NCBI RefSeq assembly: GCF_000143415.4
Contig: NW_003314320.1
Coordinates: 1,202,796 to 1,266,795 of the forward strand
Direction of reading: 5' to 3'
DNA length: 64,000 nt
Source: Selaginella moellendorffii
Lineage: Eukaryota; Plantae; Lycopodiophyta
Shown: one piece after another, positions 60,755 through 64,000 of the stretch
Numbering within the stretch: position 1 is the first letter of the stretch
How the letters are laid out: each line of letters opens with the position of its first letter
Program-made: the position numbers and the translations under genes
The notes under the pieces: generated by a model
The model's database searches: none
Told to the model about the DNA's origin: nothing
Seen by the model: the letters and a program-made list of their open reading frames with translations, nothing else

Positions 60755-62630
60755 AGTTTATTCCAGATCCACTCCTTAGCATCCTTAAGATGCCCACAAA
60801 CATGGGGAATAGCCTTCCCCAACATCCACTTTCTGGTCCCCACCAAATCCCTTTCTGCCCATGGCCGTGTTCGCCAACATTGCCACTGGATCAAAGCCCA
60901 TAGGTCCGACCACTAAGTCCCATGGTCCTCTGGGACTTCCTCCTCACATGACCACATCCTTGGTTTCTACACTATAGGACGACTCCTCTTCCTTTTCACA
61001 GTCTGGGACCTTGGGACAACATTTTGAAACACCGTGGTCTTACGCGAGCCTCGTGGGTACTCTCCCCGCCTTCTGCCTTTGGGTGCTCTAGCCATGGGCT
61101 TAGAGCGAGGTTCCGTTGAGCCACACCAGGTATCCAAGTAGGTAGTGCCACCCACACTTGGACTGGGAGCATCGGCCAGTCGATCTCCCAGAGGAACTAG
61201 AGCCAGCTCTTGAACACTTCACCAAGCTAGCCCGCTTGTCAGTCCGTGTTCACTTTAGTCTTGGACTTCCCAGTGGGCAGCTTGTCACCCAACATTGGGT
61301 ACAGCCTTCCTGGCCCAAACTGGCCTTTCCTGGCCAAACTGGCTCCACTGCAGTCTTCCCACTACTATACTTTTGGAGCTCACCAAACCCCCCAGGGTCT
61401 GGGAGACGAACGCTTTGGGCTTTCACCCTCTCAGAAAGGGTGAGACTTAGACTCGGACTCGGACTTGGACTTGGACTTGGACTCGGACTCAGACTTAGAC
61501 TCGGGCTTGGACTCGGACTCAGACTTAGACTCGGGCTTGGTCTCGGTCTTGGCCTCAGTCTCGGTCTCGGTCTCAGTCCCGATCTCGGTCTCGGACTCGG
61601 TCCCGGTCTCGGTCTCGGTCCCGGTCTTGGTCTTGACCTCGGACTCCATCTCGGGTCCTTCTCAGACTCCATCTCGGATTCCATCTCGAATCCATCTCAG
61701 ACTCCATCTTGGATTCCATCTCGGACTCCATCTCAGACTCCATCTCGGGTCCATCTCAGACTCCATCTCGGACTCCATATCGGATCCATCTCGGACTCCA
61801 TCTCGGACTGCATCTCGGACTCTGTCTCGGTCCATCTCGGACTCCATCTCAGGTCCATCTCGAACTCCATCTCGGACTCCATCTCGGACTCCGTCTCGGT
61901 CCATCTCAGACTCCATCTCGGACTCCGTCTCGGTCCATCTCAGACTCTTCCACGTGTCATGTGTTGGTCCTTTTGGGTCCCTTTTTAGAGCCTCACTTAT
62001 TGCTCGCTTCGTGCTTATTCCTCGAGCACTTTGTTGGGAGTTCCACTCCTGCTTTTGACCTTTCAAGTCGGAGCTTTTAGTCCAAACATGTTACGCTCGT
62101 TTGGCTTTCGCTTCGGCCATTACCACGTGGTGCCCTTCCGGCTCCACTTTGGGGCCTAGGAATTTTGTGTCTCACAACTCCACCACCCATAGACAAAGTT
62201 CGATGTCCTCATCAAACGGTAAACCATTTTTATAAAGTAACACTAACATGTATTACCCTTTCCATCCTTAGCATCTAACCAATATTCGTCAATGGTATAA
62301 CACCGAAGGCTCACCATGCCTTCTCCATCCTCTAAGGCACATAGCTTCTCTGACATAGAGACTCGATCAACCACCTATGGTGGTTCTTTCCCTTTCATTG
62401 GTTTAGTTCTTGCTAAACCCGTTAGAGGCACCTCTCTATCTCAATCCCGGGTATCACTCCTTGATAGCCTCAGTTCTCATTGATTTAACTTGCACTCTAG
62501 AACTTTTAATTTGCTTGTTAAAGTTATTTCCTAAGTGTCCCGGGACCTTGCTTTGCCCATATGCGCACTTCACTTTCCATCTTGGAAGTTCTCTATTTAG
62601 GGGCACTATACTCTCTATTTCATTTTGGTG
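60755..62630 (-). mobile_element. Unclassified older decayed element; its other piece is about 47560-47945
   Basis: The two flanks of the Sola element have similar composition, with stop-riddled minus-strand coding-like sequence. It is interrupted by the Sola element and bounded by the LTR at 62631. Confidence 0.45.
61442..61947. repeat. Hexamer-based tandem repeat: (GGACTY/GGTCTC)n grading into (GGACTCCATCTC)n
   Basis: Directly visible; it generates the low-complexity ORFs in all frames. Confidence 0.95.
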
Positions 62631-64000
62631 TGTCAAGACCCCCAACAAGATCAAGACTGGAAAATGCTAAAGACAAAGAGAAAAAGCTAGTGAAAACAAA
62701 GAAGAGGCCTTAGACTGGTGTTGATTCAGATTGTGGAGAAATGGAACAAGGCTAACCTATATATACTATAGGTTGATGAAGCTCCACCACTCTTGGATCG
62801 AGGACGGCCTAAATACAGCTGAGGTCGAGGAGGTGCCACATCATCATCAGGAATGTGGCTCGAGACTCAGGAATCGGGAAGTGTCTCGAGACTCAGGAAT
62901 CGGGAAGTGTCTCGAGAGTCAGGAATAGGGAAGTGTCTCGAGAGTCAGGAATGTGGTCTGCAGGTCAGGAATCCGGAGAGTCAGGAATGTGGCAAGAATT
63001 GGGGGATTCCTGACAGCACCCCCTCCTCAAGAACGAGTGGAACGAGGATGTGAACGAGAACGAAGAGGAGGATGAGATGAGCGGCAAGGGATGGGAGATG
63101 GAGAAAAAAAATGAGGACTGGGACGAGAAGGATAGCGGCGGTGGAAGTCCTGAACAAGGTCAGGAGAATGAATCAGATTGTCCGCAGGTTCCCAAGTGCG
63201 TTCCTCAGGTCCGTAACCTTTCCAGTCCACCAGATAGTAGAGTTTAGACCGTGAAATCTTGGAATCAAGGATGTCCTAAACCTCATACTCAGACCCATCC
63301 TCGAGCTGCACTGGTGGAGGCGGAGGAATGACCCGATTTGGAATAGGACTGGGAATATAAGGCTCAAGGAGAGAGGAGTGAAAAACGGGGTGAATTTGAT
63401 ATGAGGAGGGAAGTGCAAGGCGATAAGTGACAGGATTAATGATGGCAGTGATAGGGAAAGGACCAAGGCGTTTGAAATCGAGTTTTGGACATGGCCTGGT
63501 GGTGGAGATATTTCGCCTGAGGAGCCAGACTTTATCCCCGATATTGTAAGGGGGACAATCCTGACGATGGACATTGGCAAATGTTTTATGAGATTCCTAA
63601 GCACGATGGAGGTGGAAGGAGATGGAGTTGTGGATTTCCTGGAGGTTGGAGATAAATGCCTCAGAGCGGGGATTTGAACGAGAGGATTCAGATTTAGAAG
63701 GAAGTGAGAGATTGAATCGGGGATTTCGGCCAGAGTTCGCAAAGAAGGGGGAAACTCAAAGAGAGGAGTGAACAGAGTTGTTATAGGAGAACTCAGCAAG
63801 GGGAAGGATATCGAACCAGTTATCCTGATGATAGTTGATGAAGCACCTCAAGAATTGTTCCAACGTCTGAATCGTTCGCTCGGACTGCCCATCAGTTTGA
63901 GGATGATATGCCGAAGAGAGGTTGGCCTTCACTCCAAGCAGCTGCAAAAACCGTTGCCAGAAATGAGAGATGAACTGAGGCCCCCGATCCGAAACCACAT
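62631..64000 (-). mobile_element. 3' part of a Ty3/gypsy chromovirus (integrase, chromodomain, PPT, 3' LTR); continues off the right edge
   Basis: [35 protein letters not shown]; chromodomain EYEV*DILDS..YLVDWKGY..TWEP; PPT gaggagggggtgc; LTR 63015-62631 (TGTCA...TGACA) with internal 26-bp tandem repeats. Confidence 0.92.

Noticed and set aside
61158-62080. Long ORFs in several frames (LGLG, SDSI, ESEM repeats)
   Set aside because: They are by-products of the hexamer repeat; no domain is recognisable.

Overview
Eukaryotic land-plant DNA. Introns of about 45-60 nt, very short intergenic gaps and the gene set suggest a lycophyte such as Selaginella (inference). Layout: a decayed Helitron and AT-rich tract (1-6.5 kb), then a dense block of conserved genes: DRN/ESR-type AP2/ERF, SCD1, RRP44A/DIS3, MBOAT wax synthase, HRD3/SEL1L, an NPH3/RPT2-like BTB protein, an SRC2-like C2 protein, plastid D-Ala-D-Ala ligase, a PMT/DUF248 methyltransferase and VPS34. 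This block is interrupted by collapsed local duplications and a full-length 5.1-kb Ty3/gypsy element with 174-bp LTRs. From about 47.5 kb there is a nest of transposons. Standout 1 is a 12.8-kb TIR-bounded Sola-like DNA transposon (47946-60754). Besides its transposase it carries a large spliced gene joining a ParB/Srx-like domain, a degenerate beta-class DNA-methyltransferase-like fold, an acidic tract and an FCP1/SCP-like HAD phosphatase. It also holds more than 20 copies of a 24-bp palindrome (AATGGCRTGWGGCCWCAYGCCATT) in its introns, spacers and exons. This is a candidate protein-plus-binding-site (parS-like or anti-silencing) system. Standout 2 is a pre-miRNA-like hairpin (42669-42802) whose 21-mer is antisense to an LTR-end/tRNA-iMet primer-binding-site junction, i.e. 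miR845/miR1511-like. All family assignments come from motif recognition by eye; no searches were run.
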